Shown here one piece after another: positions 51,384 through 62,611 of a stretch of 64,000 nucleotides of DNA. A model generated the notes under the pieces. That model did no database searches. It worked only from the letters and a program-made list of their open reading frames with translations, and was not told the DNA's origin. Within the stretch, counting starts at the first letter, position 1; each line of letters opens with the position of its first letter. This DNA is from Nitrososphaeraceae archaeon (GTDB lineage Archaea > Thermoproteota > Nitrososphaeria > Nitrososphaerales > Nitrososphaeraceae), in NCBI GenBank assembly GCA_035297365.1, contig DATGZA010000097.1, positions 8,509 to 72,508 of the forward strand, in the 5' to 3' direction. A program made the position numbers and the translations under genes.

Positions 51384-52649
51384 TTATGGCCAAATTCCTC
51401 TAATTTTTGTTGCCTCTGCAACTCTATTTATGGCAAGTAAAGTGGCAGCTTTTCTCATGTCCACGTTATATTTCTTGTGCACATCATAAACGTCATGGAA
51501 TGATTTAGTGATGTTCTTGTCTAGTCTGTTATTTACTTCCTCTTCAGTCCAATAATCTCTTCTCAAATTTTGTAACCATTCAAAATAAGATACTGTTACT
51601 CCTCCACCATTCGCAAGAATATCTGGTATTACAAGAATTCCATTCTTGAATAGTATTTCATCAGCCTCTGGGGTAGTTGGACCGTTTGCAGCCTCAGCAA
51701 CTATTGTTGCCTTTATTTTGCCTGCATTATTCTTTGTTATCTGGCTTTCCAAAGCTGCAGGTATTAATATAGTACATTCTGTTTCCAATAGTTCTTCATT
51801 TGAAATTGATCTGGATCCATCAAATCCTACTACTGAACCAGTTTCATTTTTATGTTTCATCAATGCGTCTGCGCTGATTCCTTCACTCTTGGTAATAGCT
51901 CCCTGAGAATCTGATGCAGCAATTACTTTTCCACCTTGATCTTGTACTAATTTTGAAGAATACTGTCCCGCATTGCCAAAACCTTGGACAACTATTGTAG
52001 ATTCCTTCATGTTTATACCAAGTTCTTTGGCAGCCTCTCTTACGGTATAAGCGAGTCCCCTTCCAGTGGCTTCAGTTCTTCCCAAAGAACCGCCGATAGG
52101 AATAGGTTTGCCTGTTATTAGTTCTGGTTGTACAAAATTACCTTTAAGGGCAGAGTACGTATCCATAATCCATGACATTTCTTTACCTCCAGTATAGACA
52201 TCAGGCGCCGGAATATCTGTATGAGGACCAATTATATCAGCTATCATGTATGCAAATCTTCTTGTCATTCTCTCTAGTTCATTTTCTGACATTTCTTTCG
52301 GATTGCAAATTATTCCCCCTTTGCCACCACCATAAGGAATATCAGCAATCGCACATTTCCAGGTCATCCACATTGATAAAGCCTTGACTTCATCTATTGT
52401 AACATCTGGATGGTATCTAATTCCTCCCTTATATGGACCCCTTGCATCGTTATGTTGAGATCTATATCCTGTAAATACTCTCATGGATCCGTCATCCATC
52501 TTTACAGGGATGGATACTGTAAGTACTCTTTTAGGATGAGCTAACACATCAAACATTCCTTTATCAAGATTAAGAATTTTTGCGGCCTCTTCCAATTGTT
52601 TTAAAGCAACTTGAAATGGATTTATTTTTTCACTAACATTTGAAGACAT
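51384..52649 (-). CDS. gdhA: Glutamate dehydrogenase
   Basis: GPYKGGIRY, GGGKGG, DIPAPD, QGFGNAG, EAANGP. Confidence 0.95.
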   Translation of the reverse strand: MSSNVSEKINPFQVALKQLEEAAKILNLDKGMFDVLAHPKRVLTVSIPVKMDDGSMRVFTGYRSQHNDARGPYKGGIRYHPDVTIDEVKALSMWMTWKCAIADIPYGGGKGGIICNPKEMSENELERMTRRFAYMIADIIGPHTDIPAPDVYTGGKEMSWIMDTYSALKGNFVQPELITGKPIPIGGSLGRTEATGRGLAYTVREAAKELGINMKESTIVVQGFGNAGQYSSKLVQDQGGKVIAASDSQGAITKSEGISADALMKHKNETGSVVGFDGSRSISNEELLETECTILIPAALESQITKNNAGKIKATIVAEAANGPTTPEADEILFKNGILVIPDILANGGGVTVSYFEWLQNLRRDYWTEEEVNNRLDKNITKSFHDVYDVHKKYNVDMRKAATLLAINRVAEATKIRGIWP

Positions 52650-52717
52650 ATTTCTGTACGTTCTATTTAGATCCTGAATAATAAATATATCTAATGATTA
52701 TCGTAGAAAAATACCTA

Positions 52718-53071
52718 TTAATTATCTTTTTTCATTCGTTCATTGATTACCAAACGAAGTTCTTCGTCAGTTTTGTCCGCGAATTCAATATTCAATGATT
52801 TGGCTATTCTTTCCAATTTTTCTCTTTCAGAAGAGACTGGCCCTTCAATAATTTTACCAATTGTAAAATTCTTAGAATTATCTAGCTTAATCTTCTGTGA
52901 ATCAACGTTTGAAAATTCTCTAATCTCTTTCGATAACGTTTCTCTAGTTCTATTATATTCGCCTACTGCCTTGCCTATCTGCCTAGATATTTCTGGTAAT
53001 TTTTTGGAACCGAAGATCAAAAAAATGCTGATCAAAATAATAATAATCCATTCTGATCCCCCGATAGCCAT
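52718..53071 (-). CDS. tatA: Twin-arginine translocase TatA/E subunit
   Basis: TM helix, FGSKKLPE, amphipathic helix. Confidence 0.88.
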   Translation of the reverse strand: MAIGGSEWIIIILISIFLIFGSKKLPEISRQIGKAVGEYNRTRETLSKEIREFSNVDSQKIKLDNSKNFTIGKIIEGPVSSEREKLERIAKSLNIEFADKTDEELRLVINERMKKDN

Positions 53072-53301
53072 ATATTGAAATTATATTCGTTAATTACCTA
53101 AAAATACCTTTATTTCACTTATCTTGTATTTATGCAGGTAAAAAATGTATAATTAATAATATTTCTTAGTTGTCTAATTCTTTTTTTAATAAAAAAATTA
53201 AAATTTATTATAATTATTTAAAATTTATTTAGAAATATTAGTCAAAGCACTTATATTCGTGCCTGTGAACCTTATTTTTACTTTATAATAAACATGAGGT
53301 T

Positions 53302-54570
53302 ATGGAATTGCCTAGTACCGGTATAGTAAAATATCACGTTAAATTAAGTTTCGAGGTTGATGGACTCGTAGAAAAAGCAGACATTATTGGAGCTATTTTT
53401 GGTCAGACCGAGGGTTTGCTTGGTCCAGAAATGAACCTGAATGAATTACAAAAGGTCTCTAAAGTTGGTAGAATAGAAGTAAATGTAGATACAAAATCTA
53501 ATATTGCAAAGGGAGATGCATTAATCCCAATGAGTACGGACATTTCTACCGCAGCTCTCATCGCAGCAGCGATTGAAAGTATCGATAAAGTTGGTCCTTT
53601 TCAAGCTCATTTTATTTTGTCAGGGATCGATGATATTCGAGCGATAAAGAAAAAAGTTATTGTCGATCGTGCAAAAAAAATTGTACAAGAGTGGGCTACT
53701 AAGACTATCAGCGAGGGAGAAGAAATGTTAAAAGATGTTTATGATGCCAGCAAGCCTGGAAAACTTACTGCCTTTGGTAAGGCTCAACTTGCATGCGGTA
53801 CTGGAGTCTTTAATTCCGAATGGATTATACTTGTAGAAGGAAGGGCAGATGTGATTAACCTTCTTCGTGCGGGATTTGATAATGCTATTGCAATTGAAGG
53901 GGCAAAAATTGATGAAACTATAACCCATCTTACTGAAGGTAAAAAAGTAATTGCATTTCTTGATGGAGACCGCGCCGGTGATCTAATATTGAAGGAGTTA
54001 CAGGGATTGGTTAGTGTCGATAAAGTTTACAGAGCTCCACAAGGTAGAGAAGTAGAAGAATGTACACCTCTAGAGATATCAGAAATATTGGGTAATATCT
54101 TTGAAGAATCAAAAGAAGATACTTTCCCTCGTAAACAAACACCTTTTCCCCAAAAGAAATATCACAAAACCGAGAAAGATAAACCTGTATTTCAACAATC
54201 TCCACAAAAAATCCCACAAAGTAATAACGTTGAATCTATATTGGTCCAAACTAATAATGCTATTAAATCTGATACGGGTCCAAATTCCACAATACGTGAC
54301 ATTTACTCGCAAATTAACGAAACACTTGAGGCCATTGTTCTTGATGGATCGATGAACACAATAATCAAAGTTCCTGTTTCTGAAATTGTAAAAAAACTAG
54401 ATGACATTTCAGGAGGGAAGATCCTAATTCTTGATGGAATAGTGACACAGAGATTGATTGATGCCTCTGACAAAGCTGGAATAGAACAAATAGTAGGTCA
54501 CAGATTGGCAGATATAAAACGGAACTCATCACTCAAAATTAACACATTCAGTGAAATAGGATTACCATAA
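53302..54570 (+). CDS. dnaG: Archaeal DnaG (TOPRIM, exosome-associated)
   Basis: GAIFGQTEGLLG, VEGRADV, FLDGDRAGD, DGIVTQRL. Confidence 0.95.
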   Translation: MELPSTGIVKYHVKLSFEVDGLVEKADIIGAIFGQTEGLLGPEMNLNELQKVSKVGRIEVNVDTKSNIAKGDALIPMSTDISTAALIAAAIESIDKVGPFQAHFILSGIDDIRAIKKKVIVDRAKKIVQEWATKTISEGEEMLKDVYDASKPGKLTAFGKAQLACGTGVFNSEWIILVEGRADVINLLRAGFDNAIAIEGAKIDETITHLTEGKKVIAFLDGDRAGDLILKELQGLVSVDKVYRAPQGREVEECTPLEISEILGNIFEESKEDTFPRKQTPFPQKKYHKTEKDKPVFQQSPQKIPQSNNVESILVQTNNAIKSDTGPNSTIRDIYSQINETLEAIVLDGSMNTIIKVPVSEIVKKLDDISGGKILILDGIVTQRLIDASDKAGIEQIVGHRLADIKRNSSLKINTFSEIGLP

Positions 54571-54578
54571 ACATATTT

Positions 54579-55274
54579 ATGAAAGATACCAAGCTACAAC
54601 ATGTTGTAATACTTTCACAGCTCTTATTATGTGGGGCTAAGAATAATTTTGTGGAAATTACTACAAATGAATTAGCAAAAAAAATTAATCGTTCTCAACA
54701 GTTAGCCTCAAAAGAGTTACTTTGTCTTGAATTGACGGGATTAATAGAACGAAATCAACATGGGAAAAAATTTAGTGTGAAGATAACTGAAAGAGGATTT
54801 CAAGAAGTTTATGAGCTATTTCTTTTTTTGAAGACAGCAGTTGAAACTTTTAAAAATACTCTCAATTTTGAAGGAGAAGTGGTTTCGGGAATGGGTGAAG
54901 GATCGTATTACATGTCATTATCTGGTTATAAACAAAGATTTAAAGAAAAACTAGGTTACGAACCGTACCCTGGTACACTTAACGTAAAACTGAATTCAAA
55001 ATTTTATGTTGATAGAAAAAAAGAGATATTGAAATTTCCATCTGTAGCTGTAGATGGATTTAGTGATGAAACTCGAACGTATGGATGGGTAAAATGTTAC
55101 CCAGCTTATCTAAATGAGGGCGAAAATCCAAATTGTGCAGTACTAATTTTGGAAAGAACTCACTATGATGACACCATTATAGAAATAATAGCTCCATTTT
55201 CAATCAAAGAAGAATTTAATTTAAAAAACGGTGATCTAATTAAATTTAAAGTAAAAACTGATAATTTATCTTGA
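54579..55274 (+). CDS. ribK: CTP-dependent riboflavin kinase with N-terminal wHTH (RbkR-type)
   Basis: HTH ELAKKINRSQQLAS; SGMGEGSYY, PYPGTLN, ERTHY. Confidence 0.9.
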   Translation: MKDTKLQHVVILSQLLLCGAKNNFVEITTNELAKKINRSQQLASKELLCLELTGLIERNQHGKKFSVKITERGFQEVYELFLFLKTAVETFKNTLNFEGEVVSGMGEGSYYMSLSGYKQRFKEKLGYEPYPGTLNVKLNSKFYVDRKKEILKFPSVAVDGFSDETRTYGWVKCYPAYLNEGENPNCAVLILERTHYDDTIIEIIAPFSIKEEFNLKNGDLIKFKVKTDNLS

Positions 55275-55288
55275 TATCTTAATTCTCA

Positions 55289-55921
55289 TCATAGATCATA
55301 AACTGCATCCCCTAGTTCTTTTTTTATTTCGGAACTCTTAGTTTTTGGGATTGGTGTATTCAATCTTATGACTCTTGCATCAATATTTCTTTTTTTGCAA
55401 TTTTCAGAAATATATTTTTCTGTATGTGTTTGATCATAACCTAAAGCAATGATATCAGGTCTTACATATTCAACACTATCAAATAAAGTGCCTTTCCTTC
55501 CTATCAATGCTAGATCTACAAAACTTAAGGCTGAGACCATTTCTTTTCTTAATTCCTCATTATGGTATATTACACGATTTTTTTTTATTTTAGTTGCAGT
55601 AGATGTTGTTGCAATTATTACTACCAGGACATCTCCATATGATTTAGCTGACTTCAGTGTGGATATGTGACCAGGATGTAATATGTCAAATACCCCTCCG
55701 ACTAGCACTACCGTTAAGGTTTCTCTACCCAACGTGCTCAATATAAAATTATTGTCTTTATTTTTTTCAATTAATCCAATTTTAGTCAACTCCAATATTC
55801 GTGAATAAAAAAATTTTTTATCTAATTGATATCTATCTTGCAGACGCTGTAAAAATTCCACGCCCTTGTCTAAATTGCTTACGTATAGAGAGCCAAGTAT
55901 TATTTTGTCTAATGACTTCAA
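55289..55921 (-). CDS. ribL: FAD synthase (RibL-like cytidylyltransferase fold) with an N-terminal wHTH-like extension
   Basis: GGVFDILHPGH, PDIIALGYDQ, SSEIK. Confidence 0.82.
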   Translation of the reverse strand: MKSLDKIILGSLYVSNLDKGVEFLQRLQDRYQLDKKFFYSRILELTKIGLIEKNKDNNFILSTLGRETLTVVLVGGVFDILHPGHISTLKSAKSYGDVLVVIIATTSTATKIKKNRVIYHNEELRKEMVSALSFVDLALIGRKGTLFDSVEYVRPDIIALGYDQTHTEKYISENCKKRNIDARVIRLNTPIPKTKSSEIKKELGDAVYDL

Positions 55922-56166
55922 TTTGATCCCAAAATATTTTTTATTGTAGTATCTCTAATGTTATATATTTGTTTGATCCATACAAATTTTTGAAAATTCC
56001 TTTTCCAATAATATATTTAAAAATGCAACTATGATTATATTTACTTTTCAGAAGCAATTCATAAAATATTAAAATAGATAATCATATTTTTAATTTTTAG
56101 CATTTGAGACATACCGCTTAACCTTCTCATAATCCTTTTATTAGGTTACGAGTAAATGTTGTTCGA

Positions 56167-56382
56167 TTGACCAAATTTTGTCCTGAGTGTGGTGGAGAAC
56201 TGAAATTGGAACCATCAACAAAGAATTTTATTTGTAGAAGTTGTGGACTCTATGCCTCTCGTGAAAAAATGGATGAATTACGAGACAAATCTGAAATCAA
56301 TTATCAAGACCCTAAAAAAAGAATCCATGATGATTATCTTGATTGGTGGCAATCTTCAAAAAAAGAAAAGCAAAAAAATTAA
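56167..56382 (+). CDS. CPxCG zinc-ribbon small protein
   Basis: CPECGG...CRSCG, C-terminal DYLDWW. Confidence 0.8.
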   Translation: MTKFCPECGGELKLEPSTKNFICRSCGLYASREKMDELRDKSEINYQDPKKRIHDDYLDWWQSSKKEKQKN

Positions 56383-56392
56383 TATTTTTTTC

Positions 56393-56893
56393 TTAAAAAA
56401 AATCTTTGGATTTGTCAGATATTTCAGTTCGTAAGGAGACCATTTGTTCTTCCTTTCTGGTTCCCAAGACTGTCATTAATTCAATTTCTTTAACTTCCGT
56501 TATCGATAAAATTTTATTCACTATAATATCTCTCATATTCTCTAAACTTTTTGAACGAATTTTTACTAGTAAATCAAATTTATCATAAATCTCATGTATT
56601 TCTAAAATCTGTTCGATTTCTTTTAATATTGCAACAGCTTGATCAGTTTTTCCATTTTCCAATTTTACCATAATAAAAGCCAGATGATCATATCCTATCA
56701 AATTATTGTCGATGATGACAGAAAATTTTTTTATTATTCCAGTAGATATCATCTTTTTAACCCTTGTATGCACGGTCGCATCAGAAATCCCGATCTGTTT
56801 TGCCAATTCGACGAATGGCAGCGAAGAATTTTTACTTAGTACGTCTATTATTTTATAATTAATATAATCCAGAATATTTTGTTTAAAACTCAT
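56393..56893 (-). CDS. Lrp/AsnC-family transcriptional regulator
   Basis: ELAKQIGISDATVHTRVKKM...GII HTH plus RAM domain. Confidence 0.92.
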   Translation of the reverse strand: MSFKQNILDYINYKIIDVLSKNSSLPFVELAKQIGISDATVHTRVKKMISTGIIKKFSVIIDNNLIGYDHLAFIMVKLENGKTDQAVAILKEIEQILEIHEIYDKFDLLVKIRSKSLENMRDIIVNKILSITEVKEIELMTVLGTRKEEQMVSLRTEISDKSKDFF

Positions 56894-57504
56894 AAGCTAG
56901 ATCTAATCTTATATTATATTAATTTTAATATGTCTAATATTTCTAATTTATAGGAAATTAATTATTTTTTTTCATATTTCGATACTACATACAATTAATT
57001 ACTTTCATATTTTTCAGAAAATATCAAACTTCTTGCTAAAAATGATTATTCTTTGAATATTCAAACGACTTTATCTGCTACTTTCATAAATTTGTGGTAG
57101 AACCTTAAAAAAATTGATTAATATTATTTATATGATAAATTACATTTTTCCTAGTTTCTCTCAAAGGTTTTGAAATGATGAAATGTTATCATATTATCTC
57201 CACTCATCTCATGTTATTTCCTTTTATTCTTCTCTCCTTTTTATTTTTATTAATATTATCAATGAATAATTCTATCAATAAATGAGAGATAATACTGCAA
57301 ACATATCCATAGCAACTATAAGGAAATGAGACTGATATGCCATGCTGCTCATTATACACCTGTTCAGTACAGATTATAGTAGAGCCGAAATCTCTAGCAT
57401 ATATTAGTCTGTTACTGGGATGATAATAGATAAAAGGAGAAGACATGTATTAAGTAGTTACATAACAATAATAATGACTATTATTCACTAATTTCAGTGA
57501 TATA

Positions 57505-58437
57505 ATGTCACAGCCTGTTTGTTCAAAATGTTATAATAAAAATAGTATCTACTATAGACCATATTCTGGTGAATATCTATGCAGGTCATGTTTTATTTTC
57601 TCAATAGAAGAAAAAACATCAAGAACAATATCGAAATTTTCTATGATGCGGTATGGTGATAGAATTGCTGTTGGTGTTTCGGGTGGAAAAGATAGTCTGT
57701 CTCTTTTATCTATAATGAAAAAGATCACTGAAAGAAAAAACATCAAGGACCTGGTTGCTATAACAATAGACGAAGGAATATCCGGATACAGGGAGGAATC
57801 TTTAACCTTGGTCAAGGATTTTTGTGCAAAGTTAAATATAAAAAATGAAATTTTTAGTTATAAGGATTTATTTGGCATGAATATGGATAATGCTATCTCA
57901 TCACGTCCTTCTGAAAAGATGACCTCTTGTTCGATCTGTGGTACCTTTAGACGAAGAGCTATTGATATTGCAGCTCAAAATTTAGGAATGAATGTAATAG
58001 CTACCGGACATAATTTAGACGATCAACTTCAATCGTTCTTAATTAATATTATTTCAGGAGATGTGAATAGAATAGGATGGATATATCCTGAACCAATTCA
58101 GTATGGATTTCATCATCTCAAGAAAATAAAACCATTCATAGAAATCTATGAAAGAGAAATCGTTTTCTATGCACTTCAACAAAACATTCCATTCCAATCC
58201 GAGCAATGTCCATACATGAACGAAAGTATTAGAAGTGATATGAGAAATTTCTTTAATTCACTTGAAGAACAAAGACCTGGAATCAAATATAATACCTATA
58301 AATCTCTCCTGAAAATATCCAAGACGTTAAATTCCTCTAACGATTTTCTTAGTAGTAAATGTAGTACTTGTGGACATGAATCTACAAATGGTATTTGCTC
58401 TGTTTGTAAGAATCTTATGATTTTGAGATCTGATTAA
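57505..58437 (+). CDS. tRNA 2-thiolation protein (Ncs6/TtuA PP-loop family)
   Basis: N- and C-terminal zinc fingers, SGGKDS, CSICG, TGHNLDD, CPY. Confidence 0.9.
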   Translation: MSQPVCSKCYNKNSIYYRPYSGEYLCRSCFIFSIEEKTSRTISKFSMMRYGDRIAVGVSGGKDSLSLLSIMKKITERKNIKDLVAITIDEGISGYREESLTLVKDFCAKLNIKNEIFSYKDLFGMNMDNAISSRPSEKMTSCSICGTFRRRAIDIAAQNLGMNVIATGHNLDDQLQSFLINIISGDVNRIGWIYPEPIQYGFHHLKKIKPFIEIYEREIVFYALQQNIPFQSEQCPYMNESIRSDMRNFFNSLEEQRPGIKYNTYKSLLKISKTLNSSNDFLSSKCSTCGHESTNGICSVCKNLMILRSD

Positions 58438-58470
58438 TAAACAAATATAATGTAATATCTTCAAATAGAT

Positions 58471-58793
58471 GGTGCGGAGGCAGGGAGGACTAGGGTGTTA
58501 GCCGTACCCTTCTCTGGAAATCGGCTTTATGCTAGGGTCAGTAACTGTTGGGTAAATCCTTGGGGAGTAGTTTCCTGCATATCGGGTTGAAATGAAATTA
58601 CGCCGAATCGGATGGGTATGAGCAGCAAGCTATACGAAGGCGTGGCTTTGACTGTTAATCCTCGAAATGGGTGAGGTCCGGGAGGGAGCAACCCTAAGGT
58701 GACGTATCCGTGCTGGTTCGTCTACGTGGTGGATCATACAAGGTGTGAGATTGGGATTATTTCCCAAGGTGGTACCAATGGGCTGCCTTCGCA
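58471..58793 (+). ncRNA. ffs: Signal recognition particle (7S) RNA
   Basis: GC-rich island; ends pair (TGCGGAGGCAG/CTGCCTTCGCA); helix-8-like GGGTGAGGTCCGGAGGGAGCAACCC; CCTTGGGGAGTAGTTTC pairs with GGGATTATTTCCCAAGG. Confidence 0.9.
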
Positions 58794-58819
58794 AATAACT
58801 ATTTGTTCATTAGGACTAT

Positions 58820-59824
58820 TCATAACCAGTGACGAATTTGCAAAAAATCATCCATTGGTTCATGTTTTAAAATTTTTATCAAAGCCTCTGCTTGAGGAAC
58901 TGAAAGTACAGGTTTGCTGAAATGGTTATCAGTAGCGATTCTAGGACATGCTACTTGAATATATGCATCTATACCTTTGAAATTTCTTAATCTTTCTTCA
59001 GTTATTTCAGTAATAGCAATGAGATGGATTTCTTTCCCCAGATCTTCAAAAACTTTTTTTAGTTTCAATGCTTTGATTTTTGCAAATTGTCCCTCTTTCA
59101 AACCAATGATTATTCCTATTTTCTCTGCATCTTGTGCTTTGTATACGGACAATATTGCTTTTTTTTCTAATTTTCTTGCATAATCATTGACCTCTTTATA
59201 TTCATTAAAATAGGGATCTAGCATTATTGTGGGTTTTTCAGTTGACATCGCAATACTTGCAGCATGAAACATACTTTGACCTAGAAATACATACGCATCT
59301 ATCTGGTTTTTTACATCATATGCTGGATAAAATTCACATCCAAAAACTTGCGCATTATTAAGCTGTCCTTTTCCTTGACCAATAATCACGTTCAAGCCAG
59401 ATTGTTCCAATATCTTCCTAACAGATTCGATTTGCTCTAGGTGTTGACTATCAGTAACCAATCCTATCGATCTAATCTTTTGATTATCGACATCACTAGC
59501 AAATTTTTTCGCAACTACGTCGAATTCTATATCGTCGTACGCATTAATCATTATTACCTTGTTACCAAACATTTCGAGCGAAACAGTGTGTCCAATATTA
59601 AATAATAAATCCGCTCCTAGTATATCTGCCGCATGAGTGTTTAGATCACAAGACCCCCAACACGTATCGCCTATTACATATGCGGGGATTGAATAAATTT
59701 CCATAATTTTTTTTGCTGTTTCTTGAATTTTTGGGAAAAGAGCTTCAGGACCATTTAGAGCTACTGAAGAAGGTTTTCTTTTGCTAATTACTTCTAAAAT
59801 CTTGTCTTCATCTATAAGAATCAT
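58820..59824 (-). CDS. dph2: Diphthamide biosynthesis enzyme Dph2
   Basis: CWGSCD, QVFGC, K.GQ and ACPRI motifs (three Fe-S cysteines). Confidence 0.93.
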   Translation of the reverse strand: MILIDEDKILEVISKRKPSSVALNGPEALFPKIQETAKKIMEIYSIPAYVIGDTCWGSCDLNTHAADILGADLLFNIGHTVSLEMFGNKVIMINAYDDIEFDVVAKKFASDVDNQKIRSIGLVTDSQHLEQIESVRKILEQSGLNVIIGQGKGQLNNAQVFGCEFYPAYDVKNQIDAYVFLGQSMFHAASIAMSTEKPTIMLDPYFNEYKEVNDYARKLEKKAILSVYKAQDAEKIGIIIGLKEGQFAKIKALKLKKVFEDLGKEIHLIAITEITEERLRNFKGIDAYIQVACPRIATDNHFSKPVLSVPQAEALIKILKHEPMDDFLQIRHWL

Positions 59825-59977
59825 CTTGTTTATTCAATCTTGAATATTGCCTCAAATATTACTTTTCATCTTTGCTTTTCATCTTTGGATCGGAAGAATT
59901 AGTTTTCAAATATTGTTATGTTTTAATGTAGATTTAAAGAATAATATTGTATAGCGTTATGTAATTGCTATTGTTGT

Positions 59978-60829
59978 TTGGGAATTAAAGAAGAAAAGAA
60001 TGTCAAAATAATGGGAATAATAAATTGCAGTCCAGAGTCATTTTATAAAGCTTCAATCAGGACTAAAAGCCGTGATGTGTCCTATTTTGCAAAAAAAATA
60101 GAAGCAGAAGGAGCAGATTTGCTAGATGTAGGAGGGATGTCTACTGCTCCTTATCTAGATACGATCATTTCTCCTGAAAAGGAAATCCGACGATTAAGAA
60201 TAGCTATCAAAGCTATAAAAAGAGCAACTAGTATACCAGTCTCAGTTGATACACCAAGGGCAGACGTAGCAGAAGAGGCAATTCATTTTGGAGCTGATGT
60301 GGTAAACGATGTTTGCGGTCTAAAATATGATGATAAGATGGGTGAAATTGTTGCAAAATATGGCGTCAAGATAATTTTGGGAGCTTATGAGAAAAACCAA
60401 CGTAGGATTTCTGAAAATGGGGGTATTTCTTACACGAAGCGATTGTTATATGACAGTATCAGGAGAGCCAAAGAATCAGGGATAAACAATGAAAATATTA
60501 TAATAGATCCTTCTATCGGTTTTTTCCGCCAACAAGGCAATAATCCTTTTTTTACCAAAATCCAAATTCCATGGTACCTCAGAGATCTTAATATTATTTC
60601 TAATTTACACAATTTAACTAAAATAGGCAATCCTCTGTGCATCTCTCTATCTAGGAAGTCATTCTTAGGTGAATTATTGAAATTGAAATCTGGACAAAGA
60701 CTTGCTCCTTCTTTGATTCTTGAAGCGATTAGCGTTTTAAAGGGTGCAAGTATTATTAGAACTCATAATGTCAGGGATACATTTCAGATGCTTTTGACTC
60801 TAAACCGTTTTGATCGAATTTCCATTTAA
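59978..60829 (+). CDS. folP: Dihydropteroate synthase
   Basis: MGIINCSPESF, DVGGMST.P, SVDT, DPSIGF, SRKSF, RTHNV. Confidence 0.9.
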   Translation: MGIKEEKNVKIMGIINCSPESFYKASIRTKSRDVSYFAKKIEAEGADLLDVGGMSTAPYLDTIISPEKEIRRLRIAIKAIKRATSIPVSVDTPRADVAEEAIHFGADVVNDVCGLKYDDKMGEIVAKYGVKIILGAYEKNQRRISENGGISYTKRLLYDSIRRAKESGINNENIIIDPSIGFFRQQGNNPFFTKIQIPWYLRDLNIISNLHNLTKIGNPLCISLSRKSFLGELLKLKSGQRLAPSLILEAISVLKGASIIRTHNVRDTFQMLLTLNRFDRISI

Positions 60830-60955
60830 GGTTTTTAATCTCCAGTTATCAGTATGTGAATAGCACTATTAATGCTCTTGAATTATAGATTTTCAAAGAT
60901 TTTCAAAGTTCAAAACGCTTATAATCCTTCTTTGAATTTATAATATAAAGAAGTA

Positions 60956-62389
60956 TTGAATATCAAAGAAGGTCTTACTTTTGATGACGTATTATTAGTA
61001 CCCAAACATTCTTCAATTGTGTCACGATCTCAAACCAGCTTGAAAACACGGTTATCGAGAAATATTAACTTGAATATTCCAATCATTAGTGCAAATATGG
61101 ATACAGTAACTGAATCATCTATGGCTATAGCCCTTGCAAGAGAAGGTGGAATAGGTATAATTCACAGATTTATGACCATTCAAGATCAGGTTGACGAGGT
61201 ATTACGGGTTAAAAGATCGGAATCAGTGATGATAGAACAACCCTATACAATCCCGATAGATTCAACTATAAAACAAGCAAAAAAAATGATGCAGGGTTAC
61301 GGTGTATCGGGTTTACTGGTAGAAAAAGATAAAAAACTCGTTGGAATTGTTACAAAGAGAGATATTTTATTTGAAAAGAATTTTGAAAATAACGTATCTG
61401 AGGTAATGAGCAAAGATGTAGTTTTTGCGGAGTTGGGTACTACCATTGATGAGGCAAAAGAAATTCTCCATAAAAATAAGATTGAAAAATTACCTATTAT
61501 AGACAGAGATGAACAAATAGTTGGACTGATTACAAGTAAGGATATCCTAAAAATGGAACAATATCCAAATGCATCCAAAGATAAAAAAGGTCACTTAATG
61601 GCTGGTGCCGCGGTTGGTGTAAAGGGTGATTATCTAGAAAGAACTGAAGCATTATTGGAAGCAGGTGCAGATGTTATTGTTGTTGATATAGCTCATGGTC
61701 ATAGTGAGAACGCCATTAACTGTGTTCGTCAAATAAAAAAGGCCTTTAAAAATTGTGAATTGATAGCAGGAAATGTTGCTACTGGTAATGGAGCAGAAGA
61801 TCTGATAAAGGCTGGAGTTGATGCAGTTAAAGTTGGAGTGGGATCAGGGTCTATATGTATTACTAGGGTAATAACAGGTTCAGGTGTTCCACAATTGACG
61901 GCAATTGTTGATAGTGTTCAAACCGCCAACAATTACGATGTGCCTGTAATTTCTGATGGGGGAATAAGAAATTCTGGAGATGTAACCAAGGCTCTTGCTG
62001 CTGGTTCATCGTCAATAATGATTGGCAGTTTACTGGGAGGAACAGATGAAAGCCCAGGAAAAACTCTTGTTAAAAATGGGAAAAAATATAAAATTTATAG
62101 AGGTATGGCTTCCTTTTACGCCTCATTAGGTAGGAGATACAGAGAGGAAGGAGCACAGGTGGTCGATTCTGATGATTTAAACGATTATGTTCCAGAAGGA
62201 GTAGAAGCCATGGTTCCATACAAAGGAAGTGTGGTTGAGATAGTGCGTCAATTGGTCGGAGGGTTGAGATCTGGATTAAGCTATTGTGGTGCAAAGAACA
62301 TTTCTGAAATGCAGAAAAATGCTGACTTTATAAGAATTACATCAGCGGGATATATTGAGAGTCAACCCCACGATGTATCTTTAATGTAA
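60956..62389 (+). CDS. guaB: IMP dehydrogenase with CBS pair
   Basis: [34 protein letters not shown]. Confidence 0.97.
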   Translation: MNIKEGLTFDDVLLVPKHSSIVSRSQTSLKTRLSRNINLNIPIISANMDTVTESSMAIALAREGGIGIIHRFMTIQDQVDEVLRVKRSESVMIEQPYTIPIDSTIKQAKKMMQGYGVSGLLVEKDKKLVGIVTKRDILFEKNFENNVSEVMSKDVVFAELGTTIDEAKEILHKNKIEKLPIIDRDEQIVGLITSKDILKMEQYPNASKDKKGHLMAGAAVGVKGDYLERTEALLEAGADVIVVDIAHGHSENAINCVRQIKKAFKNCELIAGNVATGNGAEDLIKAGVDAVKVGVGSGSICITRVITGSGVPQLTAIVDSVQTANNYDVPVISDGGIRNSGDVTKALAAGSSSIMIGSLLGGTDESPGKTLVKNGKKYKIYRGMASFYASLGRRYREEGAQVVDSDDLNDYVPEGVEAMVPYKGSVVEIVRQLVGGLRSGLSYCGAKNISEMQKNADFIRITSAGYIESQPHDVSLM

Positions 62390-62611
62390 TTATTAACTTT
62401 CATTGTGTTAATTTAAGGACATAAAAGAGACCTGGCTAGTTTTAAAAAAATCGTTTTAATACTTTCTGTTTTATTATTGTGTTATCTGTTAGAATTATTA
62501 AAGTAAATAAGATTATTAGAATATATTTCAATCTTCTAAAAGTATTTGGCATAAGTTAATTCTTGAAAAGAATCTATTAAATTATATATTGTTTTTATTT
62601 TATACAGGTCA

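Noticed and set aside
57204-57446. 80-aa minus-strand ORF
   Set aside because: No recognisable motif; could be a remnant but cannot be supported
58699-58920. 73-aa ORF in the ORF track
   Set aside because: Overlaps the SRP RNA and the 3' end of dph2
4432-62294. Many antisense shadow ORFs inside well-supported genes (e.g. 12106-12522, 22288-22662, 45431-45784)
   Set aside because: Expected by-products of codon bias opposite real genes; no independent signals
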